Of a DNA stretch of 64,000 bases, positions 52,312 through 61,220 are shown in pieces. The DNA is from an uncultured bacterium (lineage in GTDB: Bacteria > Chloroflexota > UBA5177 > JANWHV01): assembly GCA_963729625.1 (NCBI GenBank), contig CAVSOU010000009.1:88581-152580 (forward strand), in the 5' to 3' direction. How positions within the stretch are numbered: the stretch's first letter is position 1; each line of letters starts with the position of its first letter. The position numbers were made by a program, and so were the translations under genes. The notes under the pieces were generated by a model. It did no database searches and was not told the DNA's origin. It saw only the letters and a list, made by a program, of their open reading frames with translations.

Positions 52312-53361
52312 ATGGCAACTATGAAGGGTGTCGTACTTCCGGGCAGCCGGCGTCTGGAGTTCCGCGAGTTTCCGGTGCCGACTCCGGGGCACGGGCAGGT
52401 GTTGGTCCGCATGAAGGCATCGTCCTTGTGCGGCAGCGATCTTCGCGCGATCTATAGGCCGGTTGACCAGGGGAGCGGGCCGGAGGCATACAGAGGCGTC
52501 ATCGCCGGCCACGAACCCTGCGGCATCATCGAGCACGTGGGCCCCGGCGTGACCAGATTCCACGCCGGTGACCGCGTCGTTATGTACCACATCGCCGGTT
52601 GCGGTCTGTGCCCGGACTGCCAGGGTGGCTGGCAGATCAGTTGCACCAGCGAGTCGCGCGCGGCGTATGGCTGGCAGCGCGACGGCGGACACGCCGAGTT
52701 CCTCCTTGCTGAGGAACGGACCCTCGTCGGACTACCCGACGAGCTGAGCTATCTCGACGGCGCGATGGTTGCCTGCGGCCTGGGCACGGCCTACGCGGCG
52801 TGCCTCCGCGCCGCCGTTTCGGGACGCGACACGGTCCTGATCACCGGCTTGGGGCCGGTCGGGCTGGCCGTGGCGATGCTCTGCCAGGCGTTGGGCGCGC
52901 GAGTTGTCGGTACCGATACCATGCCCGAGCGGCGAGCCCTGGCCGAGACCCTTCAGGTGTGCAAGGTCGTGGCTCCGGAGAACCCGGATGACCTGAAGGC
53001 GGCGCTGCTCGAGGAAACACATGGCCATGGGTATGAGGTGGGAATAGACTGCTCCGGCAACGCCATTGCGCGACGACTGTGCCTGGAGGTCGCGCGCGAG
53101 TGGGGACGCGTCGTCTACGTGGGCGAAGGCGGCCTCGTCGAGTTTGCGCCCAGTCCGATGCTCATTCACAAGCAGATCACGCTGCACGGATCCTGGGTGT
53201 GCAGCATGCCGCAGATGATCGACCTGGTGGAGCACCTGGTGCGCTGGGGTCTGCATCCCGACCGCATGGTGACGCACCAGTTCACGCTCGACCAGGCGCG
53301 CGAGGCATACGAGATCTTCGACCAGGGCAAGACCGGTAAAGTGGCTATCGTCTGGGAGTAA
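52312..53361 (+). CDS. Zn-dependent alcohol/polyol dehydrogenase (MDR)
   Basis: LCGSD, GHE, CGLCPDC..C, GLGPVG. Confidence 0.93.
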   Translation: MATMKGVVLPGSRRLEFREFPVPTPGHGQVLVRMKASSLCGSDLRAIYRPVDQGSGPEAYRGVIAGHEPCGIIEHVGPGVTRFHAGDRVVMYHIAGCGLCPDCQGGWQISCTSESRAAYGWQRDGGHAEFLLAEERTLVGLPDELSYLDGAMVACGLGTAYAACLRAAVSGRDTVLITGLGPVGLAVAMLCQALGARVVGTDTMPERRALAETLQVCKVVAPENPDDLKAALLEETHGHGYEVGIDCSGNAIARRLCLEVAREWGRVVYVGEGGLVEFAPSPMLIHKQITLHGSWVCSMPQMIDLVEHLVRWGLHPDRMVTHQFTLDQAREAYEIFDQGKTGKVAIVWE

Positions 53362-53376
53362 GGCAGGAGGCAAGCA

Positions 53377-54426
53377 GTGTCAGAAGGGCAGCAATCCGCA
53401 CCATACGTGGGCGCGTCTGACGGCGTCGATCCGCGACGGGTGCCCCAGCGGACGGTCTGGACCGGTGCAAAGGTGCCGGCGATCGGCCTGGGCACATTTG
53501 CCTCGGACCGATTTCCGCTGGAAGCAGTGGGCGAGGCAGTAGTAGGCGCGATCGAGGTCGGGTACCGGCACATCGACTGTGCCTCCGTCTATTTGAACGA
53601 GCCGTTCGTGGGCGAGGCACTGCGCGCGGCGATGCGCGCCGGGCTCTCCCGCGGAGATCTCTGGGTCACGTCGAAGCTGTGGAACGACAAGCATGGGGAG
53701 CAGGATGTCATCCCGTCATGCGAGCAGTCGCTGAAGGACCTGCAGCTTGACTATCTCGACCTGTACCTCGTTCACTGGCCGTTCCCCAACGCTCACGCGC
53801 CGGGCGTCGATGTCAACGCGCGCGATCCGCACGCCAGGCCGTACATCCACGACGAGTTCATGCGCACGTGGAGACAAATGGAAGCCCTGGTTGACCGCGG
53901 CCTGGTCCGCCACATCGGCACGTCCAACATGTCGATAGCGAAACTCTCGCTGCTGCTCAGAGATGCCAGGGTCAAGCCGGCCTGCAATGAGATGGAGCTG
54001 CATCCGCATTTCCAGCAACCCGAGCTGTTCACCTTCGTGCGGGACAGCGGGATCGTGCCGATCGGGTTCAGTCCGATCGGATCGCCGACCAGGCCGGATC
54101 GGGACAAGACGGACACAGACACGGTTGACATTGAAGATCCGGTGATTGTGCGTATCGCCCAGCGACTGCACGTGCACCCGGCAGTAGTGTGCGTGAAGTG
54201 GGCGGTGCAGCGAGGGCAAATCCCGATCCCGTTCTCGATTCACCGACATGAGTACCTGAGCAACCTGCAAGCAGCCGTGTCCGATCCGCTGACCGATGAG
54301 GAGATGCGGGAGCTTTCAAGCATCGACAAGAACTGCCGTCTCATTAAGGGACAGGTCCTTCTTTGGCCGAGCGCGCGGTCATGGGAGGACCTGTGGGACC
54401 TGGATGGCGCGATCGCGTCCGCCTGA
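53377..54426 (+). CDS. Aldo/keto reductase
   Basis: GLGT, GYRHIDCASVY, SKLW, DYLDLYLVHWP, IGTSN. Confidence 0.93.
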   Translation: MSEGQQSAPYVGASDGVDPRRVPQRTVWTGAKVPAIGLGTFASDRFPLEAVGEAVVGAIEVGYRHIDCASVYLNEPFVGEALRAAMRAGLSRGDLWVTSKLWNDKHGEQDVIPSCEQSLKDLQLDYLDLYLVHWPFPNAHAPGVDVNARDPHARPYIHDEFMRTWRQMEALVDRGLVRHIGTSNMSIAKLSLLLRDARVKPACNEMELHPHFQQPELFTFVRDSGIVPIGFSPIGSPTRPDRDKTDTDTVDIEDPVIVRIAQRLHVHPAVVCVKWAVQRGQIPIPFSIHRHEYLSNLQAAVSDPLTDEEMRELSSIDKNCRLIKGQVLLWPSARSWEDLWDLDGAIASA

Positions 54427-54762
54427 GATACTGCCAGGCCAGTTCAAGAGCTCCGTCGTTCGATTCGACATAACAAAGGGGCAGTGCGTGCGGCCGCCTC
54501 ACAGTGCAACAGAGGCGGCCGCGCGACTGGTAGCGCACGGCGGGCTCGGCAGTGCCGATACGCGCGACCACCTTCGTCCCGGCACGTGCAAACGATCGGG
54601 CTCGCGGTTGACCGGCGTACGTGCGGAGGTCGCTTGTGCTGATGGGACGTCGTGCTTGACGTTGGCAGACGCGCCGGACGAACAATATGTTAGCGATTCG
54701 CGCGTTCAACCGAAGCAGGGCACACCGAGACTACTCGCGGTCCGCTAGCGAGGCCATGCGCG

Positions 54763-55848
54763 CTAGGACAACGCGGCTAATTGCGGCGCCTTTCCGACGA
54801 CGTCCGCACGTGGTCGCGAAGACTCGCGCACGGCGAGCCGATGAGTGAGGATTATCTCCTGGCGTGTTGCGGCGGTCGGATGTTGGATCCGTTGCACGAG
54901 ACGCGCTGCGGCCGTGCTTCCTATCTCGTAGGCGGGCTGCACCACTGACGTTATGGATGAGCCAACTGGCGATGCCCACGATACGTCGTCAAAGCCCACG
55001 ATCGCGATGTCAGCCGGGACTGACAGTCCACGAGACTGGATTTCCTCGAGCGCGCCAAGCGTAATGCGACTGTTTCCCGTGAACAGCGCCTCGAGGTCGG
55101 GAACTCCGTCGAGAAGCTCGGCTACCATCCGTCGAGCCAGGTCCTGGCTCGGGAGACCGCGCCGCTCCAGGTGTGAATCTCGTGGAATGCGCGCCTCGCG
55201 CAGCGCGTCGCGGTAGCCGTCGAGTCGGTCCCTGCCTGTTGTGGTCGTGTGCAATCCGGTGACGATGCCGATCCGCCTATAGCCGTTGGCGATCAGGTGC
55301 GAGACGGCTTCGCGGGCAGCGGAGACATTATCGATGAGTACTGCGTCGATATTGTCAACTTTCGGCCGTCGGTCTATAGCGACCACTGGTATGCCTCGCC
55401 GCTGAAACATCTGGAGGCAAGGCTCCGGATCGCAGCTAGGCGTCGCAATCACCCCGGCTACATCCTCCGCGCACAGCGCCTCGGCGTAACGGCGCTCCTT
55501 CCGAGGGTCTTCTCCCATATTGCACAGAACTACGAGGTAACCGTTTTGCAGGGCCACATCCTCGACACCCCGCGCGACCTCCATGAAGAAGGGCGTCTGA
55601 ATGTCGGTGACAAGCAGGCCAATGATCTTTGACGGATGGCCCGCGAGCGCGCGGGCGGCCCGGTTCGGCTGAAAGTGCAGCGCGGCACAGGCCGCGCGCA
55701 CGCGTTCAGCCAGCTGGTGATCCACGGACGGAATTCCGTTAAGGACGCGGGACACCGTGGCGATCGACACGCCGGCCAGCCCGGCAACGTCCCCGATCGT
55801 GGCGGCCTTCGACTCCCGGGCTGCGTCGCTCACTTTTGCTCTCGACAA
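54763..55848 (-). CDS. LacI family transcriptional regulator
   Basis: TIGDVAGLAGVSIATVSRVLN, GFDD, ITSVVQP. Confidence 0.95.
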   Translation of the reverse strand: MSRAKVSDAARESKAATIGDVAGLAGVSIATVSRVLNGIPSVDHQLAERVRAACAALHFQPNRAARALAGHPSKIIGLLVTDIQTPFFMEVARGVEDVALQNGYLVVLCNMGEDPRKERRYAEALCAEDVAGVIATPSCDPEPCLQMFQRRGIPVVAIDRRPKVDNIDAVLIDNVSAAREAVSHLIANGYRRIGIVTGLHTTTTGRDRLDGYRDALREARIPRDSHLERRGLPSQDLARRMVAELLDGVPDLEALFTGNSRITLGALEEIQSRGLSVPADIAIVGFDDVSWASPVGSSITSVVQPAYEIGSTAAARLVQRIQHPTAATRQEIILTHRLAVRESSRPRADVVGKAPQLAALS

Positions 55849-55879
55849 CGCGCCCTCCCGACCACCAGCGCAGTAGGGT

Positions 55880-55931
55880 GAGAAAACGGTTACTCAAAGG
55901 CGACTATAGCATTCGCACATGAGCCAGTCAA
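55880..55931 (-). promoter_or_regulatory. Promoter plus LacI-type operator of the second lacI-family gene
   Basis: Minus strand TTGACT-17-TATAGT (extended TG), then GAGTAACCGTTTTCTC. Confidence 0.7.
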
Positions 55932-56142
55932 GAGACGCATCAGCGCCCGCTACCATCAGGCGAGACCGCGCAGACGCACGGGCCAGGTGCGAAGCGGGGA
56001 TTGGCTTTTCCGGTCGCTCAAGTCGGCGCCCACGCATGCCACATGCCTGCATTCCCGGGCTTCCGGACTTTACCTAGCCTGACGGCGCTCGAAAGCACTG
56101 CCTCGACGCATCCTCGCGCCAGAGGACGAGAAGCCGTTGATA

Positions 56143-56199
56143 TTGACACGACCTCCGGCAGCGGCGTAGACTTGCTGCTGAGCGATGGAAAGCGCTTTC
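56143..56199 (+). promoter_or_regulatory. Promoter plus LacI-type operator
   Basis: TTGACA-18-TAGACT, then perfect palindrome GAAAGCGCTTTC (56188-56199). Confidence 0.75.
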
Positions 56200-56356
56200 T
56201 CTCAAATACAATCTGCGAGAACTCATTTTGTCGACGCGCTGGAGAGCGGTACGTAACACCACGGTGCACAATGAAGCCGCGGGGCTCGATCCGAGAAGAG
56301 TATGCAATCTCCGGCGCAACAGCCGTATCGACTCAGCACGGTCGGAGGATTGATCC

Positions 56357-56590
56357 ATGTGCGTTATGGGGCTTGACATCGGGACAACCGGCTGCAAAGC
56401 TGCCGTATTTGACGCCGGCGGGCTCATCGTCGCCAGCTCATATCAAGAGTATCCGCTGCTCTATCCGCGCAAAGGATGGATGGGGCTTGACCCCGAACGT
56501 GTGCTCGAGTCTGTGTATGCGTGTATCGCGCACTGCGCAAGATCGGCCGAGACCGCGAGAGTACGCGCCTTGGCAATTTCAAGCCAGGGC
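56357..56590 (+). pseudogene. 5' fragment (~78 codons) of an FGGY carbohydrate kinase
   Basis: GGAGG RBS; MCVMGLDIGTTGCKA..YQEYPL..LAISSQG, after which similarity ends. Confidence 0.85.
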
Positions 56591-57407
56591 AGGGGTTGCT
56601 GTGATCCCGTTACTGCCGTGCCGGCGATGCAGCATGTGCGAGATTGGCATGTTCGCCCAGCGTGAGCACTACGGATTCCTGGGTTCGCGCGACGACGGTG
56701 GTTTCGCCGAATTCGTGCGCGTTCCGATGAACAACGTGGTTCGCGTTCCGGATAGCGTTGACGACGATGCAGCAGCGCTGCTCGAACCCATATGTGTGGC
56801 GCTGCATGCGGTGAGGAATTCCGGGCTTAGCTGGGGCGACAACGTGGCGGTGTTCGGGCTCGGGGCGATTGGGAACTTCATTGCGCAGTGGGCCCGGGCA
56901 TTCGGCGCCAAACACGTGTTTGCCGTGGACACGGTGCCCGAGAAGGTCGAGATAGCGAGGGCGGTGGGCTTGACCGACGCGCTGTGCGCCGCGTCGGATG
57001 TGGAGGATAGTATCGCGCGCGGAACAGGCGGCTCAGGGATCGACGTGGCATTCGAGGCATCAGGATCATCGCGTGCTCTCGCACAGGCCGTGTCCCTGTT
57101 GCGCCCCTGTGGTCGCCTGGGATTGGTCGGACGGCCGGCGGATGGCATGGCACTGTCGGGCAGCACGTTTGAGAAGATCTTGCGAGCCCAGCTGGTTTTC
57201 CGCGGCACCTGGAGTTTTGAGTTTACCGCCTTCCCACACAATGCCTGGGCCCAAGGCGTTGAGGCCCTCGAGAGCGGGCAAATAAGCACGGCATCCCTGG
57301 TCACGCATCGGCTGCCGCTGGCCAGGACGGGCGAGGCCGTGAGGATGATGGCGGAGAAGAAGGAGTTCATCCACAAGATCCTTGTCGAGCCCTGGCAGGA
57401 ATGCTGA
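56591..57407 (+). pseudogene. 5'-truncated galactitol-1-phosphate 5-dehydrogenase-like MDR
   Basis: Begins at VAVIPLLPCRRCSMC; lacks the CGSD/GHE catalytic segment; has GSRDDGGFAEF, GLGAIG, THRLPL. Confidence 0.8.
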
Positions 57408-57428
57408 TAGTTCTTCGGGGAAGAGAAG

Positions 57429-58544
57429 ATGCACGCGGAAGACATTCCATCAAAGATGAGAGCGGTGGTGACCCACGGGCCGGGCGATTGCCGGTACGAG
57501 CTTGTCGACACGCCAAGAGCGGGGCCCGGCGAGCTAATCGTCAGAGTGGAAGCCTGCGGTATATGTGCAGGCGACATCAAGGCCTACAAGGGCGGTGAAG
57601 TCTTCTGGGGCGGCAATGGTCGTCCACCGTACCTCGAAGTGCCGGCCATCGGAGGCCATGAGCTCGTAGGCCGGATCGTCGAGCTAGGACCTGACATGGA
57701 CAGCAAGCCCAGCTTCAATACCGGGGACCGCGAGTTTGGGCTTGGGGACAGGGTGACAGTCGAGCAAATCGTACCGTGCGGGACATGCAGGTACTGCGGT
57801 ACGGGCCGCTACTCCCTATGCATGAAGCACGACGTATTTGGGTTCAAGAATTATCTCAACGGAGGGTTTGCCGAGTACGCCAGGCTCCCGGCTAACGCAA
57901 TCGTGTACAAAGTGCCGGATCACGTGCCCGTCGATAGTGCCGTGCTCATCGAACCCTACTCCTGTTCGATGCATGCGGTAGAACGAGCCAGGATCAGCGC
58001 GGATGATATCGTGATAATCTCTGGCGCAGGGCCTTTGGGACTCGGCATGATAGCTGCTGCGGCGAGGCTGAAGCCGGCGTCGCTGATCGCGCTCGATCTG
58101 CAGGACCACAGGCTCGTGAAGGCGCGGCAGTTCGGCTGCGACCTTGCCATGAATCCGCTCAAGGTCGATGTGCCGGAGCGCATAGCTGCGCTGACCGACG
58201 GCTATGGGTGCGACGTCTATATCGAAGCAACCGGACATCCGTCGAGTGTAAACCAGGGACTTGAGCTGATTCGCAAGGCGGGCCGGTTCGTGGAGTTCAG
58301 CCTGTTCAACGAACCCGTAACCTGCAACTGGAGCGTGGTCGGCGACGGGAAGGAACTGGACATCCTTGGCGTGAGTCTCAGCCCATTCTGCTACTCAAAG
58401 GTGATAGACGGGATGGCTGACGGGAGCCTCGTCACTGGCGGCGTGGTCACCCACAAATACCCTCTCGACCAATACCTGGAGGCATTCGCCGTCTCGATGG
58501 AGGGGAAAGAGGCGATCAAGGTGGTGCTGACCGCGCAGCAATGA
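57429..58544 (+). CDS. eltD: Erythritol/L-threitol dehydrogenase (EltD)-like MDR
   Basis: MRAVVTHGP, ICAGDIK..FWG, EQIVPC, HAVERA, DVYIEATGH, GDGKELDILG follow the M. smegmatis EltD pattern as recalled. Confidence 0.75.
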   Translation: MHAEDIPSKMRAVVTHGPGDCRYELVDTPRAGPGELIVRVEACGICAGDIKAYKGGEVFWGGNGRPPYLEVPAIGGHELVGRIVELGPDMDSKPSFNTGDREFGLGDRVTVEQIVPCGTCRYCGTGRYSLCMKHDVFGFKNYLNGGFAEYARLPANAIVYKVPDHVPVDSAVLIEPYSCSMHAVERARISADDIVIISGAGPLGLGMIAAAARLKPASLIALDLQDHRLVKARQFGCDLAMNPLKVDVPERIAALTDGYGCDVYIEATGHPSSVNQGLELIRKAGRFVEFSLFNEPVTCNWSVVGDGKELDILGVSLSPFCYSKVIDGMADGSLVTGGVVTHKYPLDQYLEAFAVSMEGKEAIKVVLTAQQ

Positions 58545-58638
58545 TCGGCGCCCGGGCAACCGGTGGTGGCCCAAGCGCCGGGTCGACCAAGCGACTTTGC
58601 CGCGGCACGCGCGCGCATCAGTCGCGGGCGCCGCGCAT

Positions 58639-59412
58639 CTACCATGCGGTGAAGCCTCCATCGATGATGACGTCGCTTCCCGTCATGTAGCTCGATGCGT
58701 CGGAGGCCAGATACACCGCGAGCCCGCGCAACTCTTGCGGAGTGCCCATGCGTCCGACAGGGATCTGGCTGTTCCAGGCCTTGTAGAGTTCCGGCTGTTC
58801 CTCGACCACCTTGGCGGTCATATCCGTACGGATATACCCCGGAGACATGGAGTTCACCCGAACGTTGTACGGCGCCCACTCCGCAGCCAGGCTCTTGGCA
58901 AGCATGATCACGCCGGCCTTGGAGACATTGTAGGCAGTCTGCCCTTGCGGGTGATTGGCTATCGAACCCGACATCGACGCGATGAGGATAATGCTGCCGC
59001 GCCGGCGCGCAATCATGCTTCGTCCTGCGGCTCGGGCACAAATGAACATCCCGGTCAGATTGACCTCCAGGATTCGCCGCCAATCCGCGAGGCTCATCGC
59101 CTCCGTGGCAACGTGCATCGCGATTCCGGCGCCGGAGACGAGCACATCGGCGGGGCCGAGCTCGGCCTCGATTGTGGCAAACGCCGCTGAAACCTCACCC
59201 TCGTTGGTGACGTCCGCGACGTGAGAAACCGCCTTCACACCGAACCCGGAGGCCACGTCGGCGGCGGCTGTCTCCGCCTGCGCGCGCAACACATCGACAA
59301 TTGCGACGTTGGCGCCAGCCTCGGCAAGGGCGCGAAGCATCTCGAGGCACAGCCCTCGCGCGCCGCCGACCACTATGGCGGTTCGACCCGCCAGGGAGAA
59401 CTCGTGCAGCAT
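58639..59412 (-). CDS. SDR polyol/ketose oxidoreductase (paralogue of 51395..52168)
   Basis: GGARGL, ASMSG, NHPQGQTAYNVSK; AAGGAG RBS. Confidence 0.92.
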   Translation of the reverse strand: MLHEFSLAGRTAIVVGGARGLCLEMLRALAEAGANVAIVDVLRAQAETAAADVASGFGVKAVSHVADVTNEGEVSAAFATIEAELGPADVLVSGAGIAMHVATEAMSLADWRRILEVNLTGMFICARAAGRSMIARRRGSIILIASMSGSIANHPQGQTAYNVSKAGVIMLAKSLAAEWAPYNVRVNSMSPGYIRTDMTAKVVEEQPELYKAWNSQIPVGRMGTPQELRGLAVYLASDASSYMTGSDVIIDGGFTAW

Positions 59413-59877
59413 GGCAACTCCTTGCATTACAGCCTGTTCGAGCGCATTGCGGAGCCAGTATACTGCTCTGGTCGCTCGCCGGCCAGTTTGCAGCTCCGCG
59501 AGGGCGCATCTGTCCATAGCGATCGACCGTGTGCGGTGATCAGTCGGGCCGCGGGCATCGTGTCCGTCCCGTTGTCTGGAGCGCGCGGCGCCGGGAGCAG
59601 AGGCACTTTGCGGGCCTGAGAAGGCGTTGCGGCCGTCGCGAGGCACCGGGAGGCCCCGTGCCGGGACCAAGCGCGAGCGGACAGGAGGCCCGCGCTCGCC
59701 GCAACCCAGCGATCGCGATTTGCAGGCACGCCCGCTCCGCGGCTCCGCGATACGGCGCAGACGGGCTGTCGTCACGGTGCGATTCGGTGGCGACGCAGCG
59801 ATTAGGCGCGAACGAGGTGTGGCAAAGCAGTCCCGCGGGCGCCAAATGCGTTGCATGCTGGTAGCTTCGTCACGCGC

Positions 59878-59935
59878 TTGACAAAGCGCAGCGTGGTATG
59901 TATTATCGCACTGGGTAGTTCTGGTAAGCGTTTTC
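59878..59935 (+). promoter_or_regulatory. Promoter plus LacI-type operator of the third ABC system
   Basis: TTGACA-17-TATTAT, then GTAAGCGTTTTC (59924-59935). Confidence 0.7.
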
Positions 59936-60086
59936 TCATGAGCGCGTAGCGGGCTGCGCGCGGGTTCAGGATTATCTGGAGCGGCTGAAGGGGGGTGGTC
60001 GGCTCGGCTGTGCCGGATGCAGATGTAGTCAAAGGCGTGATGATTTCCGCTTGATTTTCATCCTGTTCGAGGGAGGACAAAGTAAC

Positions 60087-61139
60087 GTGAAGCGAAGCAG
60101 TTTTCTTAAGGGTGCGGCACTTGCTGGCGCCGGAGCCGCGGTGACCGGTTCTGGACTGGGCAGTTTTGGCACGGTTGCCGAGGCGCTCGCCGCGTCGTCA
60201 GGCCGCAGCCTCAGCAGCGTCAAGTTCAGCTGCATTGTGAAGACGGTTGCATCTCCCTACTGGTCGATCGTACTCGCCGCGGCCCAGAAGGCGGCCAAGG
60301 ACCTTGGCATCAACGGCTTGCAGTACACCGGCGGGCCGTCCGAGGCGGACATCGCGGCCGAAGTGAACTTGATCGAGAACAACGCCGCCAAGAAGCCCGA
60401 TTTCCTCGTCATCGCGCCCACCGACAAGACCGGTCTCAATGCGGCAATCGCCAAGGCGTACAAATCCGGCATCAAGATCATCCTCATCGACTCCGATGCA
60501 CCTGCCGCACCGCGCCAGGCCTTCCTCTCGACCGACAATTTCGCGGCCGGCACGGACTGTGCCGACGCGCTCGCGGCGGCGATCAAGGCCAAGACCGGCG
60601 CGGCCTCCGGCCAGGTCGCCTACGCGACGTTCCAGTCCAACGTGGGCTCCCTCTCGCTTCGCGACAACGGCTTCCTCGCCGGCTTGAAGAAATACCCCGA
60701 TCTCAAGCTCGTTGCGCATAAGGACGCCGCGGGCGATCCGAGCTACGTGAAGGAGGCCGCGATCGCGGCGGATACGTTGACGGCGTTTCCGAACCTCGTC
60801 GGCTACTTCGGCGACAACCTCCAGTGCGTCGAAGGCGCCGCCAAGGCGTTCAAGGAAAAGGGCGTCGACATGAAGAAGATTTCGCTGGTCGGCTTCGACA
60901 GCGATTCTACGCTCGTGGCCGAGCTCAAGGCCGGAGCGGTCGACGGCTTGCTGCTCCAGGATCCGTACATGATGGGCTACGGCGGGGTGCTGTATGGCCT
61001 CATGTGCGCGCTGGGCGTCAAGGTGCCGCTGTTCCTGGACACCGGCGCCACGGTCGCCACGCCTGCGGCGTCGAGCTCTGCCCTGATTCAGGGCCTGCTG
61101 GATCCGACGGGCAAGCCTGGCCGCGGTTTGGGTCTATAG
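60087..61139 (+). CDS. Sugar ABC transporter substrate-binding protein with Tat-like signal
   Basis: GGAGG RBS, KRSSFLKG leader, SPYW, TDNFAAG, VGFDS, QDPYMMGY. Confidence 0.92.
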   Translation: MKRSSFLKGAALAGAGAAVTGSGLGSFGTVAEALAASSGRSLSSVKFSCIVKTVASPYWSIVLAAAQKAAKDLGINGLQYTGGPSEADIAAEVNLIENNAAKKPDFLVIAPTDKTGLNAAIAKAYKSGIKIILIDSDAPAAPRQAFLSTDNFAAGTDCADALAAAIKAKTGAASGQVAYATFQSNVGSLSLRDNGFLAGLKKYPDLKLVAHKDAAGDPSYVKEAAIAADTLTAFPNLVGYFGDNLQCVEGAAKAFKEKGVDMKKISLVGFDSDSTLVAELKAGAVDGLLLQDPYMMGYGGVLYGLMCALGVKVPLFLDTGATVATPAASSSALIQGLLDPTGKPGRGLGL

Positions 61140-61156
61140 GGCTAGGGAACGGGAGA

Positions 61157-61207
61157 GCCGGGCAGGCTGCATCCGCGATGGCTCGCGGGGCCTGCCCGGC
61201 CTTTCCT
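61157..61207 (+). terminator. Hairpin after SBP gene
   Basis: GCCGGGCAGGC...GCCTGCCCGGC followed by CTTTCCT. Confidence 0.6.
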
Positions 61208-61220
61208 CGCCCAGGGGATA

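Noticed and set aside
56001-57407. 468-aa dehydrogenase with a novel N-terminal domain
   Set aside because: The 5' part runs through a promoter/operator and an out-of-frame kinase fragment
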